DNA from: a virus
Strand: one strand, 5' to 3'
IMG/VR virus record: IMGVR_UViG_3300042402_004628
Span: 6,831-70,830 of that record
Length of the DNA: 64,000 bases
Numbering within the stretch: position 1 is the first letter of the stretch; the number at the start of each line of letters is the position of its first letter. Position numbers and translations under genes: made by a program. Positions 34,289 through 43,312 of the stretch are shown here, piece by piece. Under the pieces are notes generated by a model. It worked only from the letters and a program-made list of their open reading frames with translations, ran no database searches and was not told where the DNA came from.

Positions 34289-34591
34289 ATGACAAACTAT
34301 ACTGATTTCAATGAAGAGGTTGGCAAGATTCGGGTGAGGCTAGCCCAACAAACCGAAGCTTTACTTAAGCCCGCGATTCCGCCAGCCATTTACAACTGCA
34401 AGAACGAAGGCATTGCCATATCGACAGCAGAAGGTACGATGAAAGTTGAAACCATTGGTTACGACAACGGCGGAGTATTCGTTAAAACCGAAACAGGTGA
34501 GGTATGGGATTACATGGATTTGGACACTGATGATATGGTCGCGATTTACGAGCATGTTTGGTACCAAATTAATTCCGCACCTATGAGGTGA
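34289..34591 (+). CDS. hypothetical small protein
   Basis: Second ATG; the first lies inside the -7 element. Confidence 0.5.
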   Translation: MTNYTDFNEEVGKIRVRLAQQTEALLKPAIPPAIYNCKNEGIAISTAEGTMKVETIGYDNGGVFVKTETGEVWDYMDLDTDDMVAIYEHVWYQINSAPMR

Positions 34592-34688
34592 GTCTTTGTG
34601 TGATGTTTTGTTTTGATGATGAAGAGGAGACCTAGTGTCTCCTTTTCTGATTATACCAGGATCAACAGCAAAAAAAGTTGATTTCAGA

Positions 34689-34720
34689 TTTGCACATTAA
34701 ATTTAATTCATTTATATTTG
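34689..34720 (+). promoter_or_regulatory. cassette promoter for start 34739
   Basis: Consensus. Confidence 0.65.
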
Positions 34721-34738
34721 CATTCAAAACAAAACGAA

Positions 34739-34954
34739 ATGGCTAAACCAAAATTTTACGAGTGTGTGATTTCATTTACATACGAAGCGGAGAACCCAAC
34801 AGACGCCGCGAGGCAGTTTATCGCAAACATTCAGAACAATCCAAACTGGAATGTACTGGTGAAAGATTGTGAGAACTTTGAGAACACCTTTAATGTTGAT
34901 ACGGAAACAGGTGAGTGTGAAACCAATTCAATCGAGGATTATGACGACCTGTAA
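34739..34954 (+). CDS. hypothetical small acidic protein
   Basis: MAKPKFYECVISF... Confidence 0.5.
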   Translation: MAKPKFYECVISFTYEAENPTDAARQFIANIQNNPNWNVLVKDCENFENTFNVDTETGECETNSIEDYDDL

Positions 34955-35153
34955 AGCCCTGACAGCACATATTGTTGAAGAAGGAAACCTGATCGACAGG
35001 TGGCCCTGTGATGTTAACGAAGAGAATGAGATGCAATCAAACGGGTCTCAGGAATTTCTTTATGAATATAACGGGAACAAGTACTGTGTCTGGATGGACT
35101 GGAACGACAATCCAATCCTACCTGGTGAAATTTTATCACCAATTCCTGAATAA
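34941..35153 (+). CDS. hypothetical small protein
   Basis: MTTCKAL...; overlaps the upstream stop. Confidence 0.4.
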   Translation: MTTCKALTAHIVEEGNLIDRWPCDVNEENEMQSNGSQEFLYEYNGNKYCVWMDWNDNPILPGEILSPIPE

Positions 35154-35155
35154 AA

Positions 35156-35187
35156 TTTGCAGGTTAAAAAAATTATACTTATATTTG
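35156..35187 (+). promoter_or_regulatory. cassette promoter for start 35209
   Basis: Consensus. Confidence 0.6.
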
Positions 35188-35208
35188 CATCATTAAATCA
35201 AAACAAAT

Positions 35209-35493
35209 ATGTCAAAGCCCACAGCAAAAGAAACGGTAGAAACCGTAACCAATTACCTGAACAGTTTCTCGAGCAAAGAGAAGGAATTCATTGAGGAAAT
35301 GAACAGGGAACATCGCACACTTCAACAGTCATTCACAAAACTATGTCTGGCATGGCTTGAGAACTGCGCCAATGAAGAATATCGTTTTGATGGAAGGAAT
35401 GAAGCGAGTCACACTGTATCGAAGGAACTCGTTGAGAACTTCAAGTGGAACAAGGATGGTTTCAAACCATCTGAATTCTTACCCTGTATATAA
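35209..35493 (+). CDS. hypothetical small protein
   Basis: Promoter 35156-35187; bidirectional hairpin 35492-35530. Confidence 0.5.
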   Translation: MSKPTAKETVETVTNYLNSFSSKEKEFIEEMNREHRTLQQSFTKLCLAWLENCANEEYRFDGRNEASHTVSKELVENFKWNKDGFKPSEFLPCI

Positions 35494-35530
35494 AAAAAAG
35501 AGGGGACTTTTACATCCCCTCATTTTTTAT
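35492..35530. terminator. bidirectional terminator between the + gene and the antisense lipoprotein gene
   Basis: A8-GAGGGGACTTTTACATCCCCTC-T6. Confidence 0.6.
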
Positions 35531-35697
35531 TGTACCGAGTCTGTGGTTGTGGAAACATTCGTAGTGTCTACGCTTGTGGTATCGGTAACAACAGCGGTTG
35601 AGTCCGTAGCTGTTGTTGACTCGGTGGATTCCGATCCGCAAGATACAACTGTCAACATTGAAGCGACAATTGCAAGTGTCATGAGAATTCTTTTCAT
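35527..35697 (-). CDS. Ser/Thr-rich mini-lipoprotein (opposite strand inside the plus arm)
   Basis: MKRILMTLAIVASMLTVVSCGSES... lipobox VVSC then T/S-rich tail. Confidence 0.45.
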   Translation of the reverse strand: MKRILMTLAIVASMLTVVSCGSESTESTTATDSTAVVTDTTSVDTTNVSTTTDSVQ

Positions 35698-35753
35698 GTC
35701 CACAATATTAAACAAAAAATAGATAAATGTCAAGCAAATTAGACAAAAAAAAA

Positions 35754-35785
35754 TTTGCAGGTTAAAAAAATTACATTTACATTTG
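35754..35785 (+). promoter_or_regulatory. cassette promoter for start 35804
   Basis: Consensus. Confidence 0.6.
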
Positions 35786-35803
35786 TATTCAAAATCAAAA
35801 GCA

Positions 35804-36148
35804 ATGAAATATAAACAGCAAGCTCCAATTGATGATTGGTCAGACATCGACAAGTGCATCAAGAATTCTGAAATCAACCTGAAACATTTACAGGACATTG
35901 ACAAAGCTCAGGAAGCCAAAGGTGAACCCTTACTTTACCGTTACTTTTACAGGCCTGTCGCTGACGGTCGAGCTTGGTATCAGGTGACGAAGGTTACATC
36001 TAGAACAGCTACCGTCACATGGTGCGCAGGGATTTGTCTTGACGACTATGTTGATATGATGTTGGGTGAGGAAGCTACGATATCTCGCGGCATGATTGAG
36101 AACATGGTGAATGGAAGAATTGCACTTGAAAAATTATTTGCACATTAA
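35804..36148 (+). CDS. hypothetical protein
   Basis: MKYKQQAPIDDWSDIDK... Confidence 0.5.
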   Translation: MKYKQQAPIDDWSDIDKCIKNSEINLKHLQDIDKAQEAKGEPLLYRYFYRPVADGRAWYQVTKVTSRTATVTWCAGICLDDYVDMMLGEEATISRGMIENMVNGRIALEKLFAH

Positions 36149-36168
36149 ATTTTTTCCATTTATATTTG
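36137..36168 (+). promoter_or_regulatory. cassette promoter for start 36194
   Basis: Consensus. Confidence 0.65.
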
Positions 36169-36193
36169 TATTCATAAATCAAAAACAAAATAT

Positions 36194-36817
36194 ATGCACA
36201 AAGGAGTAATCTTATTAGTAAAAGCGGATGACCGCGATGACGCCATTGGCCAAGCCAACGAGTTTCTTGACCACTATGGGGATGGCGATGTATGGGATTG
36301 GTTCGTAATCGGTGGCCGTTGGAGCGGTAACCTGAACACCCTATCGAAAACTTTCTACGAGAAAGCAAAGGTTCTTTTCGAACAAGCATATCCAAATGAG
36401 GATAGCCCATTCTTGTCAACCAAAATGGTTGAGGAGCAAGCACAGGGTTTGCAAGAGATTTGGGAAAGCATTGGCGGGAAAGGTCAGAACCCATATTCTC
36501 GCAGCAGTTATATCAGTGACGGATTTGAGGATGATTGTCTCCCGTTGACTGATTGCATTCCCGTCATTCAGGATTGGAAGAAAGATATGGTGGCGGAGGC
36601 TGAAACCATTTGGAATAAAATGATTGAGGCCAAGAAAGATAGTGCGGACAAGTACGATATGTCAGGGTACTACGCAGGTATCTATCGTGACTTAAAGTAT
36701 GATAATTTCTCTTTCGAGAGTAATGTCTACGATGTCGTCAATCACACGAACGACCCCTCGCAGGCTTTGGAGAACCCCGAGCAGTGGTGGGCGGTTCAAA
36801 TTGATATGCACAATTAA
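36194..36817 (+). CDS. hypothetical protein (207 aa)
   Basis: Promoter 36137-36168; terminator 36840-36873. Confidence 0.55.
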   Translation: MHKGVILLVKADDRDDAIGQANEFLDHYGDGDVWDWFVIGGRWSGNLNTLSKTFYEKAKVLFEQAYPNEDSPFLSTKMVEEQAQGLQEIWESIGGKGQNPYSRSSYISDGFEDDCLPLTDCIPVIQDWKKDMVAEAETIWNKMIEAKKDSADKYDMSGYYAGIYRDLKYDNFSFESNVYDVVNHTNDPSQALENPEQWWAVQIDMHN

Positions 36818-36839
36818 TATTCCTCTTATCATTCCACAA

Positions 36840-36873
36840 AGGGGAGGTTTTTAAAATCTCCCTTTTTTTTTAT
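36840..36873 (+). terminator. intrinsic terminator
   Basis: GGGGAGGTTTTTAAAATCTCCC + T10. Confidence 0.65.
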
Positions 36874-36905
36874 CACATTTGTAAAATCAATTAATAACAG
36901 AGCAT

Positions 36906-37013
36906 ATGTCTAAGTCAGTAAAAGTAAAAATCACGAAGAGTACATTCAAGTATGTAAGCAAACCAACAACTAAACAGGGCCGTGTGCCAAAACCCTCATC
37001 CAAAAAAAGATAG
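36906..37013 (+). CDS. candidate 35-aa lysine-rich peptide
   Basis: MSKSVKVKITKSTFKYVSKPTTKQGRVPKPSSKKR between a terminator and the next promoter. Confidence 0.25.
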   Translation: MSKSVKVKITKSTFKYVSKPTTKQGRVPKPSSKKR

Positions 37014-37020
37014 ATTCACA

Positions 37021-37052
37021 TTTGCAAGTTAAAAAAATTATACTTATCTTTG
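37021..37052 (+). promoter_or_regulatory. cassette promoter for start 37074
   Basis: Consensus. Confidence 0.65.
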
Positions 37053-37073
37053 TCCCAATCAAAACAAAATAAT

Positions 37074-37328
37074 ATGGAACTTTTAGTTGGAACCAACCTT
37101 GAGGTTATGAGTAGGACAATTTACATCGCCGTTGATGTACAATTTGACAAGAACGGTGAAACCTACGAGGCTAATCTCACCTGTTGTTTATCGGAAGATA
37201 TAAACATTGGATTTGATTCCTGGGATATCACAATTGCAAACGAGGAAGAACTTCCTGAGTTAACGGCGGAAGAAACTGAGCAACTTAAAGAATTTGCAAA
37301 AAAATATGCCCAAGTACTTGCAAATTAA
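37074..37328 (+). CDS. hypothetical small acidic protein
   Basis: MELLVGTNLEV... Confidence 0.5.
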   Translation: MELLVGTNLEVMSRTIYIAVDVQFDKNGETYEANLTCCLSEDINIGFDSWDITIANEEELPELTAEETEQLKEFAKKYAQVLAN

Positions 37329-37348
37329 ATTTATTACACTTATATTTG
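37317..37348 (+). promoter_or_regulatory. cassette promoter for start 37368
   Basis: Consensus. Confidence 0.6.
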
Positions 37349-37367
37349 TAACCTAAATCAAAACAAT

Positions 37368-37982
37368 ATGTCAAAAGTATTCAAAGTAACTTCAGGTACA
37401 ATGGTGTGTTCCGACCCTTGTTACGAAATCCCGACTTGGTGTCAGGGTATCGTGAGTAATGTGAAAAACGGAAATTGGGAAGCGGGTATTGAAACTTCCG
37501 ATGAAGGCTCTTGGGGTGAGCGTATCGCTCGTCTTTGGGTTTACAACTTGGAAGCGGCTATCAAAGACCCAAGTATAGTTAAAGCCATTGAGAATGGTGG
37601 TGGACACGAAATGCCTTTCAGTGCGGGTGTTGATAGTGGTCAGTTCGGTTTCTTCGACCACGCCAACTATCGCAAAGATGATAGTGCGAAAGATTTACCA
37701 CAATACGACTTCGGTGGTGACTTTGGAATGGGTACTAACGAGGGTGATGCTTGGTATGGTGCTTGTTGTCATTTAACACTTGGTGAAGAAAATTGGGGTG
37801 TCCTACCAAATGGTGTTGTTTCTTCTTCAGGATATGGTGATGGCTCTTATGCAGTCACAGGTATCAAGAACGATGAGGGTGAGTATGTTGCGTTCTGCAT
37901 TGTCTTTATCGGTAACGATGATGAGGAGGATAACGATGATTTGGATTGGGGTGATTGGAACGAAACTACCGATGAGGATTAA
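37368..37982 (+). CDS. hypothetical protein with poly-acidic C-terminus
   Basis: 204 aa; ends NDDEEDNDDLDWGDWNETTDED. Confidence 0.55.
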   Translation: MSKVFKVTSGTMVCSDPCYEIPTWCQGIVSNVKNGNWEAGIETSDEGSWGERIARLWVYNLEAAIKDPSIVKAIENGGGHEMPFSAGVDSGQFGFFDHANYRKDDSAKDLPQYDFGGDFGMGTNEGDAWYGACCHLTLGEENWGVLPNGVVSSSGYGDGSYAVTGIKNDEGEYVAFCIVFIGNDDEEDNDDLDWGDWNETTDED

Positions 37983-38042
37983 ATTGGGTTTTTAGGTTGG
38001 AGCCTCCTGATCAATTCAGGGGGCTTTTTTTTTCTTAAAAAA

Positions 38043-38074
38043 TTTGCATATTAAATTTATTTCATTTATCTTTG
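38043..38074 (+). promoter_or_regulatory. cassette promoter for start 38097
   Basis: TTTGCATATTAAATTTATTTCATTTATCTTTG. Confidence 0.65.
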
Positions 38075-38096
38075 CATTCATAAAATCAAAAACAAA

Positions 38097-38675
38097 ATGA
38101 ATATTTTACCAAAATCAATTACTGACCGAGTGTCAATCAAGAATGTGAAAGAAAACTTCGGACACGACTTGGGTGGTTTCTTCTGCGACATCTACTTCGA
38201 CAACAAGAAAGTAGGTTACCTGAACAATGATGGTTGGGGTGGTTGCCCTGACATTCGTACCTATGGTTTCGATGCAAAGCACAAAGCGATGATGAAATCA
38301 TTTGAGGACTTCCTGACCGAGCAGAACTTCGCCCAGTTTGTTGCTGATGATTACAACAAACCGCACCCGCAAATGCCCAATGGTAAGAATGATTGGGTTG
38401 CTGATGATTTCAGGTTTGACAGCCAAGTTGAATTCCTTTGTGAACGCCTGAACTTTATGAAAAGTATTGAACGCCAAACAAAGAAAGCAATCCTTTATGG
38501 TAACCCTCGTTCAACCAATTACAAGATAGTATCTTGGAAAGGTGCAAAGACACTTGAAGATGTTGTGAAGAGTATCGGTAATGCTCGTTTCAAGGTTGTT
38601 GTTGATGGTATCAAAGCCAAACTTGTTGAGGGGGAAATGATTTACAACACAAACCTCGAAAAGTTTTTGCAATAA
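38097..38675 (+). CDS. hypothetical protein
   Basis: Cassette promoter 38043-38074. Confidence 0.55.
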   Translation: MNILPKSITDRVSIKNVKENFGHDLGGFFCDIYFDNKKVGYLNNDGWGGCPDIRTYGFDAKHKAMMKSFEDFLTEQNFAQFVADDYNKPHPQMPNGKNDWVADDFRFDSQVEFLCERLNFMKSIERQTKKAILYGNPRSTNYKIVSWKGAKTLEDVVKSIGNARFKVVVDGIKAKLVEGEMIYNTNLEKFLQ

Positions 38676-38677
38676 AA

Positions 38678-38709
38678 TTTGCACATTAAATTTATTTCAC
38701 TTATCTTTG
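38678..38709 (+). promoter_or_regulatory. cassette promoter for start 38732
   Basis: Consensus. Confidence 0.65.
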
Positions 38710-38731
38710 TACCAACAAAATCAAAAAACAT

Positions 38732-39349
38732 ATGGGATATTCAACCGATTTCTTTGGCTCATTGTCTTTGAGCCGACCAGCGACCATCGTAGAGAAGAAC
38801 TACTTGGATAAACTCGCTGACACTCGCAGAATGAAACGCGATGTTAACAAACTCATGGAACTCTACAAAGGGGAACATGGCAATCCATTTGCTAAAGACA
38901 AGAACAACCCTGACGATATCTATGGTTTCAAAGGGGAATACTTTGTTGGGGCAGATGGTTTCAAGGGTCAGAATGGCGATGATAGTGTTATCGACCACAA
39001 CAGCGCCAGTGGCGAGATTGGATGGGGAGAATACAAAGGCGATTGGGTTTTGCGTGATAAATTACAAACCGAACTCAACGCTGATAAAATCAAACAGCCA
39101 GGTCTTTGGTTGCAATGGGTGCTTAACGAGGATGGTACTGAACTATCATGGGATGGTAACGAAAAGTTTTACCACTACACCGAATGGTTGCAGTATCTTA
39201 TCGCCCATTTCTTTGAGCCATGGGGTATCAAACTCAATGGCGAGATTGAATGGGTTGGCGAGGACAGCAATGACCGAGGAAAGATTGTTGTGTCCGACAA
39301 CCATGTTGAAATTCTTGACGCTGTTATAGGATATCAGAAGAGGGGTTAA
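38732..39349 (+). CDS. hypothetical protein
   Basis: Cassette promoter 38678-38709; terminator 39340-39362. Confidence 0.55.
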   Translation: MGYSTDFFGSLSLSRPATIVEKNYLDKLADTRRMKRDVNKLMELYKGEHGNPFAKDKNNPDDIYGFKGEYFVGADGFKGQNGDDSVIDHNSASGEIGWGEYKGDWVLRDKLQTELNADKIKQPGLWLQWVLNEDGTELSWDGNEKFYHYTEWLQYLIAHFFEPWGIKLNGEIEWVGEDSNDRGKIVVSDNHVEILDAVIGYQKRG

Positions 39350-39399
39350 TCCCCTCTTTTCCTGAATTCTGGATCGGATCAAAAAAAAATGTAAAAAAG

Positions 39400-39431
39400 T
39401 TTGCGTATTAAATTTATTCCACTTATCTTTG
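39400..39431 (+). promoter_or_regulatory. cassette promoter for start 39457
   Basis: Consensus. Confidence 0.65.
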
Positions 39432-39456
39432 TATCATAATTAAAAACCAAAATAAA

Positions 39457-40269
39457 ATGTACGAACTCGAAAAAATCAAAGAACTTGCACCTGCGGCTTT
39501 CCGTATGCCTGAAGACGGTGCTCAGGACGGTGTGTCAAAGCACTACCAATTCATGACCACCGCTGAAATCATTGACGGTCTTGGTGGAATGGGTTGGGAT
39601 GTTCACTCGGCTATGCAACAAAAGTCGAAGAAGAACCCTGAAACCACAAAGCACATGTTGCGCTTCCGTAATGACAACTACGGTTCACTGGGTGTTAAGG
39701 GGAATGTTCCTGAAATCCTGTTAGTGAATTCTCACGACCGCACAACCTCATTGAACTTTCATGTGGGTATCTTCCGCATCATCTGTTCGAACGGCTTGGT
39801 GGTTGCTGATGAAACATTCAACAAGTTCCGTATTCGTCACATGGGTACAACATTCGATGAGGTTAAGGGATTAATCAACAACATCACTGAGAACCTACCA
39901 ACTGTGTTCAATACAATCAACCGCTTCGAGGGTGTGATTATGAGTGAGGAGGCACAAACCGAGTTCGCTATGCGAGCATTCGCTATCCGCTTCCCTGAGT
40001 ACATCAACCCAAAGACAAACGCTTTGGACACCAAGAAAGTAATGAAGAATGTATCAGTTGATGAAATCCTGAAAGCAGTTCGTCCTGAGGACAATGGCCC
40101 TGACTTGTGGAGAGTTTACAACCGAGTTCAGGAGAAACTCATCAAGGGTGGCTTCCAACATCAAGGCGAGGGGCAGAAGCCTCGTGCTTCACGCCCTATC
40201 AGCAACATTCGTATGAATGTCCTGATTAACAAAGGCCTGTGGAACTTGGCGGAGGAGTTCGCTAACTAA
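39457..40269 (+). CDS. DUF932-like (phage/plasmid-associated) protein
   Basis: 'ILLVNSHDRTTSLNFHVG' resembles the conserved NSHDGS block of the DUF932/TIGR03299 family. Confidence 0.4.
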   Translation: MYELEKIKELAPAAFRMPEDGAQDGVSKHYQFMTTAEIIDGLGGMGWDVHSAMQQKSKKNPETTKHMLRFRNDNYGSLGVKGNVPEILLVNSHDRTTSLNFHVGIFRIICSNGLVVADETFNKFRIRHMGTTFDEVKGLINNITENLPTVFNTINRFEGVIMSEEAQTEFAMRAFAIRFPEYINPKTNALDTKKVMKNVSVDEILKAVRPEDNGPDLWRVYNRVQEKLIKGGFQHQGEGQKPRASRPISNIRMNVLINKGLWNLAEEFAN

Positions 40270-40289
40270 CTCACAATACACTTGAAAGA

Positions 40290-40318
40290 AAGGGGGAAGA
40301 AATTCCCTCTTTTTTTTT
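40290..40318 (+). terminator. intrinsic terminator
   Basis: GGGGGAAGAAATTCCCTC + T9. Confidence 0.6.
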
Positions 40319-40347
40319 GCACATTAAATTTAATTTACTTATCTTTG
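40316..40347 (+). promoter_or_regulatory. cassette promoter for start 40371
   Basis: Consensus. Confidence 0.65.
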
Positions 40348-40370
40348 TTATCGAAATCAAAAACAATAAT

Positions 40371-40940
40371 ATGAAGTTACTTAATTTTGTGATGGTCGCC
40401 AAACACCTGACAGGTGACAGCGAAGTTTATTTCTTTCCTACAAAGGAGGAAGCAAGAACATTCTACAACAACAGAGTTAAACCGCTGTTGGATATTTGTA
40501 TGAAGAACGAATTGGAGGAAGATGAGGCGTACTCATTCGGACAAACCAAAGATTGTGTTCGTTTCGATTGTGGTTACGATGAGGAACTTGATGCGATGCT
40601 TAACGAGTGTAATCATTACTATCGTGTGGACAGCGTTGAAGTTCCTGAAAATGTTACACACTATGTGGCTGACTTTTCCGAGTGGGTTGATGAGAGTGTT
40701 ATCGAGTTCCACACCGAACAACAGGCAAAGGAAGTTTGGAACGATAAGATTGATGAGGAAATCAGGTTGGCTTCCGAGTATCATGGGATTGAGATTAGCA
40801 GACATCACCAAGAAACTTGGGAAGATAAATCAGGTATGACCTTGTTTCAGGAAACACATTACAGCGATATGTATTCCGATGCTTACTTTGGTCATTCAAT
40901 GGATATGACTTGGACATTCAGGATTGGACAAATAAATTAA
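40371..40940 (+). CDS. hypothetical acidic protein
   Basis: MKLLNFVMVAKHL...; track 'MHIKFNLLIF' prefix is a promoter artefact. Confidence 0.55.
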   Translation: MKLLNFVMVAKHLTGDSEVYFFPTKEEARTFYNNRVKPLLDICMKNELEEDEAYSFGQTKDCVRFDCGYDEELDAMLNECNHYYRVDSVEVPENVTHYVADFSEWVDESVIEFHTEQQAKEVWNDKIDEEIRLASEYHGIEISRHHQETWEDKSGMTLFQETHYSDMYSDAYFGHSMDMTWTFRIGQIN

Positions 40941-40944
40941 TCTT

Positions 40945-41172
40945 ATGGCGATAAAAATCATTTACTACTCGGAGGTTATAGATAACTGGGGTAGAACAGA
41001 AAGTTCAATGAAAGGTGATATCATCTTCGCGGCCCTGAACAATGTTGAGGACTGGACTGACGATATGATGTTCGAGGGTGATGACGGTCGCAAGTATTCA
41101 ATAGATGAGCTTGCAGGTAAAGAAGTTTGTGTACCAGACATCGGGATATTCACCGTACCAGAAGAAGAATAA
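40945..41172 (+). CDS. hypothetical small protein
   Basis: ORF track; terminator 41175-41205. Confidence 0.45.
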   Translation: MAIKIIYYSEVIDNWGRTESSMKGDIIFAALNNVEDWTDDMMFEGDDGRKYSIDELAGKEVCVPDIGIFTVPEEE

Positions 41173-41229
41173 TTAACGGGGCTTAAAAGCCCCTTTATTT
41201 TTTTATCTGGGACGTTATATTTATCATGG

Positions 41230-41712
41230 ATGGTGAAGTCCCAGATTTTAAATGAGAGATCTTTTGATATAACAGACGGTGAACGATATTTAATTGTCGT
41301 GATCACCCCAGATAGATCGTACTCAGTTTTCACCAGAAAGTACCAGAGCAAACCAGTTGTCTCTGTGGAATTCAAAGAAGCAAAACTTTATAAGGAGCTG
41401 AAGACAGCTCAGAATGTTGTGAAGGAAATCTTCCAGAACAATGAACACTACCAGGAATCTGTAATAAAGATATTCCAGGTGAAGGATCTATTCGAACCCA
41501 GATATTTTGTACAGTATATTAAAAAAGCTTACATGAATTCTCCTGAGCTTAAGTGTTACATCGACTGGTACGTGATCGGCGAGAACCAGGTTGATACTTA
41601 TCTGGATTACAGCGAAGCTCAAAAACATCTGGACAAATACAAACGCGATCTACTTGAATTCTATTACAGCCAGATCATGAACATCAGGAGCTTCGACTTA
41701 AAAAAAATATAA
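41230..41712 (+). CDS. hypothetical protein (in a compositionally distinct block)
   Basis: No cassette promoter; higher GC and different codon usage. Confidence 0.45.
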   Translation: MVKSQILNERSFDITDGERYLIVVITPDRSYSVFTRKYQSKPVVSVEFKEAKLYKELKTAQNVVKEIFQNNEHYQESVIKIFQVKDLFEPRYFVQYIKKAYMNSPELKCYIDWYVIGENQVDTYLDYSEAQKHLDKYKRDLLEFYYSQIMNIRSFDLKKI

Positions 41713-41768
41713 AAAAAAACGGCTCCATTTCTGGAACCGTCTCTTCACCACTAAATCAAAAACAAAAA

Positions 41769-42035
41769 TCAATACTGGTAGTATGTGTATTCAATTGTGT
41801 CCCCCACCCTGTAACGGGCATGTTGAGGATCAACTGTAACTGGAGCTGTGCTGTCCCAGAATTCATATCGGTAGCGCTTCTTGTAATTCAGTGTTGTTGG
41901 ATCGTACTGTTCGATCGTGTCAACTTTCTTAATCACATGTGGCACCACATGAATTGACTTCGGTGGTCTCTGGACACACCCTGTCACCAGGACAGTGAAT
42001 ACAAATATTAGTTTACGCACCTTTGGTAAATACAT
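41769..42035 (-). CDS. lipoprotein
   Basis: MYLPKVRKLIFVFTVLVTGC lipobox. Confidence 0.45.
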   Translation of the reverse strand: MYLPKVRKLIFVFTVLVTGCVQRPPKSIHVVPHVIKKVDTIEQYDPTTLNYKKRYRYEFWDSTAPVTVDPQHARYRVGDTIEYTYYQY

Positions 42036-42246
42036 CTGGGTTTTCAAAATCAGTTTCAGTATCCAGAAACATGAATGAATCCTCCAACTCCTCATCGGTG
42101 AGTTTAACATCTTCCGACAAAGAATTCAGAAAGTCCATTGCTTCCCGTTTGCTGTTGAAATACTTGTAGTCTGTGTTGTCCTCATTCATAAGGTACTCCA
42201 AACCATTTAACGATATGCCCTCAATGGGTCTTCCAATTATTATCAT
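42013..42246 (-). CDS. hypothetical small acidic protein
   Basis: Promoter 42249-42280 (minus). Confidence 0.45.
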   Translation of the reverse strand: MIIIGRPIEGISLNGLEYLMNEDNTDYKYFNSKREAMDFLNSLSEDVKLTDEELEDSFMFLDTETDFENPDVFTKGA

Positions 42247-42248
42247 AT

Positions 42249-42280
42249 GACAAAGGTAATTTAAATTTATTTAATATGCA
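42249..42280 (-). promoter_or_regulatory. minus-strand cassette promoter for start 42246
   Basis: -7 TACCTTTG. Confidence 0.5.
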
Positions 42281-42324
42281 AGAAACTGGGGAAGTTTTTT
42301 TCTCCCCCAGTTAATTTTATTACA

Positions 42325-43170
42325 TTATTCCCAAGGTGTATCAAAGTTATCGAATGGGTTTTCTGGGAAGCAAGAGTTCTCATCATTCCATTCTTCTTCC
42401 GAAATTACATTTCCGTCCTCACCAACATAAACTCTTTGTTCAACATTGTAGTTATATACAACGCCATCCAAAACATATTCTGGTTCACCCTCCGCTAACA
42501 TAAGTTCACCATCCTCGCTGTAAGCACAACCCGCGAACCAGTTTCCAGTTTCCATAAACACCAGTTTGAAGTTCAAGTTCGGAAACATTTTGATAACTTT
42601 TCCCAACCAGTTGATTGGTGGCGACCAGGCGGAGTTGAAGTTAATTGTAATATAGTTTTCGTTATCTGTATCGAAACCCATTTCCTCTGACGAGCAATCC
42701 CACTTTGTTCCCCAGTTCATAACATTCCAGTCGTACCAGTTGTCAGTCCCATACTCTTCAATAAGAGCCTCTCGCTTCTCTTCTGTACCATTGGCACATT
42801 CAATTAGTTCTGGAATTTCAATTGGTATCTTTGCTTCATTCAATTGGTTGTTGATGAAGTCCCTGTCGGTTTTGTCTGTGGTCTCCAGAAGTTTTTTCTC
42901 CAGATCAGCGATCAACTCTTGTTGTTTCTCGATACGATTTTTTGCGTGGTTCACATCCCACTCGTTCACCCATTCACAATCACGAGGTGGTGATATGGTT
43001 CTGGAAAGTGGTTCTGGTGTCGGTAAGTAGTTCGACATTCTCCAGACAAGTTCTGTTTCACCTGTTTTGCTGTAACGCACAGGTTCTTCGGTAATTCCCA
43101 TTGCAAGGAATTGTTTGAATTCTTTGGTATCACCCGATACCTCTAAACGATTTTCGCACCAGTTTGGCAT
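42325..43170 (-). CDS. hypothetical protein starting MPNWCENRL (possibly DUF1281-like)
   Basis: Start moved to the first ATG after promoter 43196-43227; N-terminal MPNWC motif recalled from DUF1281-type proteins (low certainty). Confidence 0.45.
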   Translation of the reverse strand: MPNWCENRLEVSGDTKEFKQFLAMGITEEPVRYSKTGETELVWRMSNYLPTPEPLSRTISPPRDCEWVNEWDVNHAKNRIEKQQELIADLEKKLLETTDKTDRDFINNQLNEAKIPIEIPELIECANGTEEKREALIEEYGTDNWYDWNVMNWGTKWDCSSEEMGFDTDNENYITINFNSAWSPPINWLGKVIKMFPNLNFKLVFMETGNWFAGCAYSEDGELMLAEGEPEYVLDGVVYNYNVEQRVYVGEDGNVISEEEWNDENSCFPENPFDNFDTPWE

Positions 43171-43195
43171 AGTATATTGTTTTTGATTTCGAGAG

Positions 43196-43227
43196 CAAAT
43201 ATACACCATATATTTTTAACTCGCAAA
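43196..43227 (-). promoter_or_regulatory. minus-strand cassette promoter for start 43170
   Basis: TTTGCGAGTTAAAAATATATGGTGTATATTTG. Confidence 0.55.
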
Positions 43228-43257
43228 CTTTATCACAAAAAACTTTTTTCATTTTTA

Positions 43258-43289
43258 TTTGCACATTAAATTTATTGCACTTATCTTTG
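43258..43289 (+). promoter_or_regulatory. cassette promoter for start 43313
   Basis: Consensus. Confidence 0.65.
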
Positions 43290-43312
43290 TGTCGAAATCA
43301 AAAATAAAAATC

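Noticed and set aside
35357-35722. Plus-strand ORF 35357-35722
   Set aside because: It overlaps a bidirectional terminator and the antisense lipoprotein gene, and has no promoter of its own.
41712-41750. Terminator after gene 41230-41712
   Set aside because: Only a weak CGGCTCC...GGAACCG pairing with no clean T-run, so it was not called.
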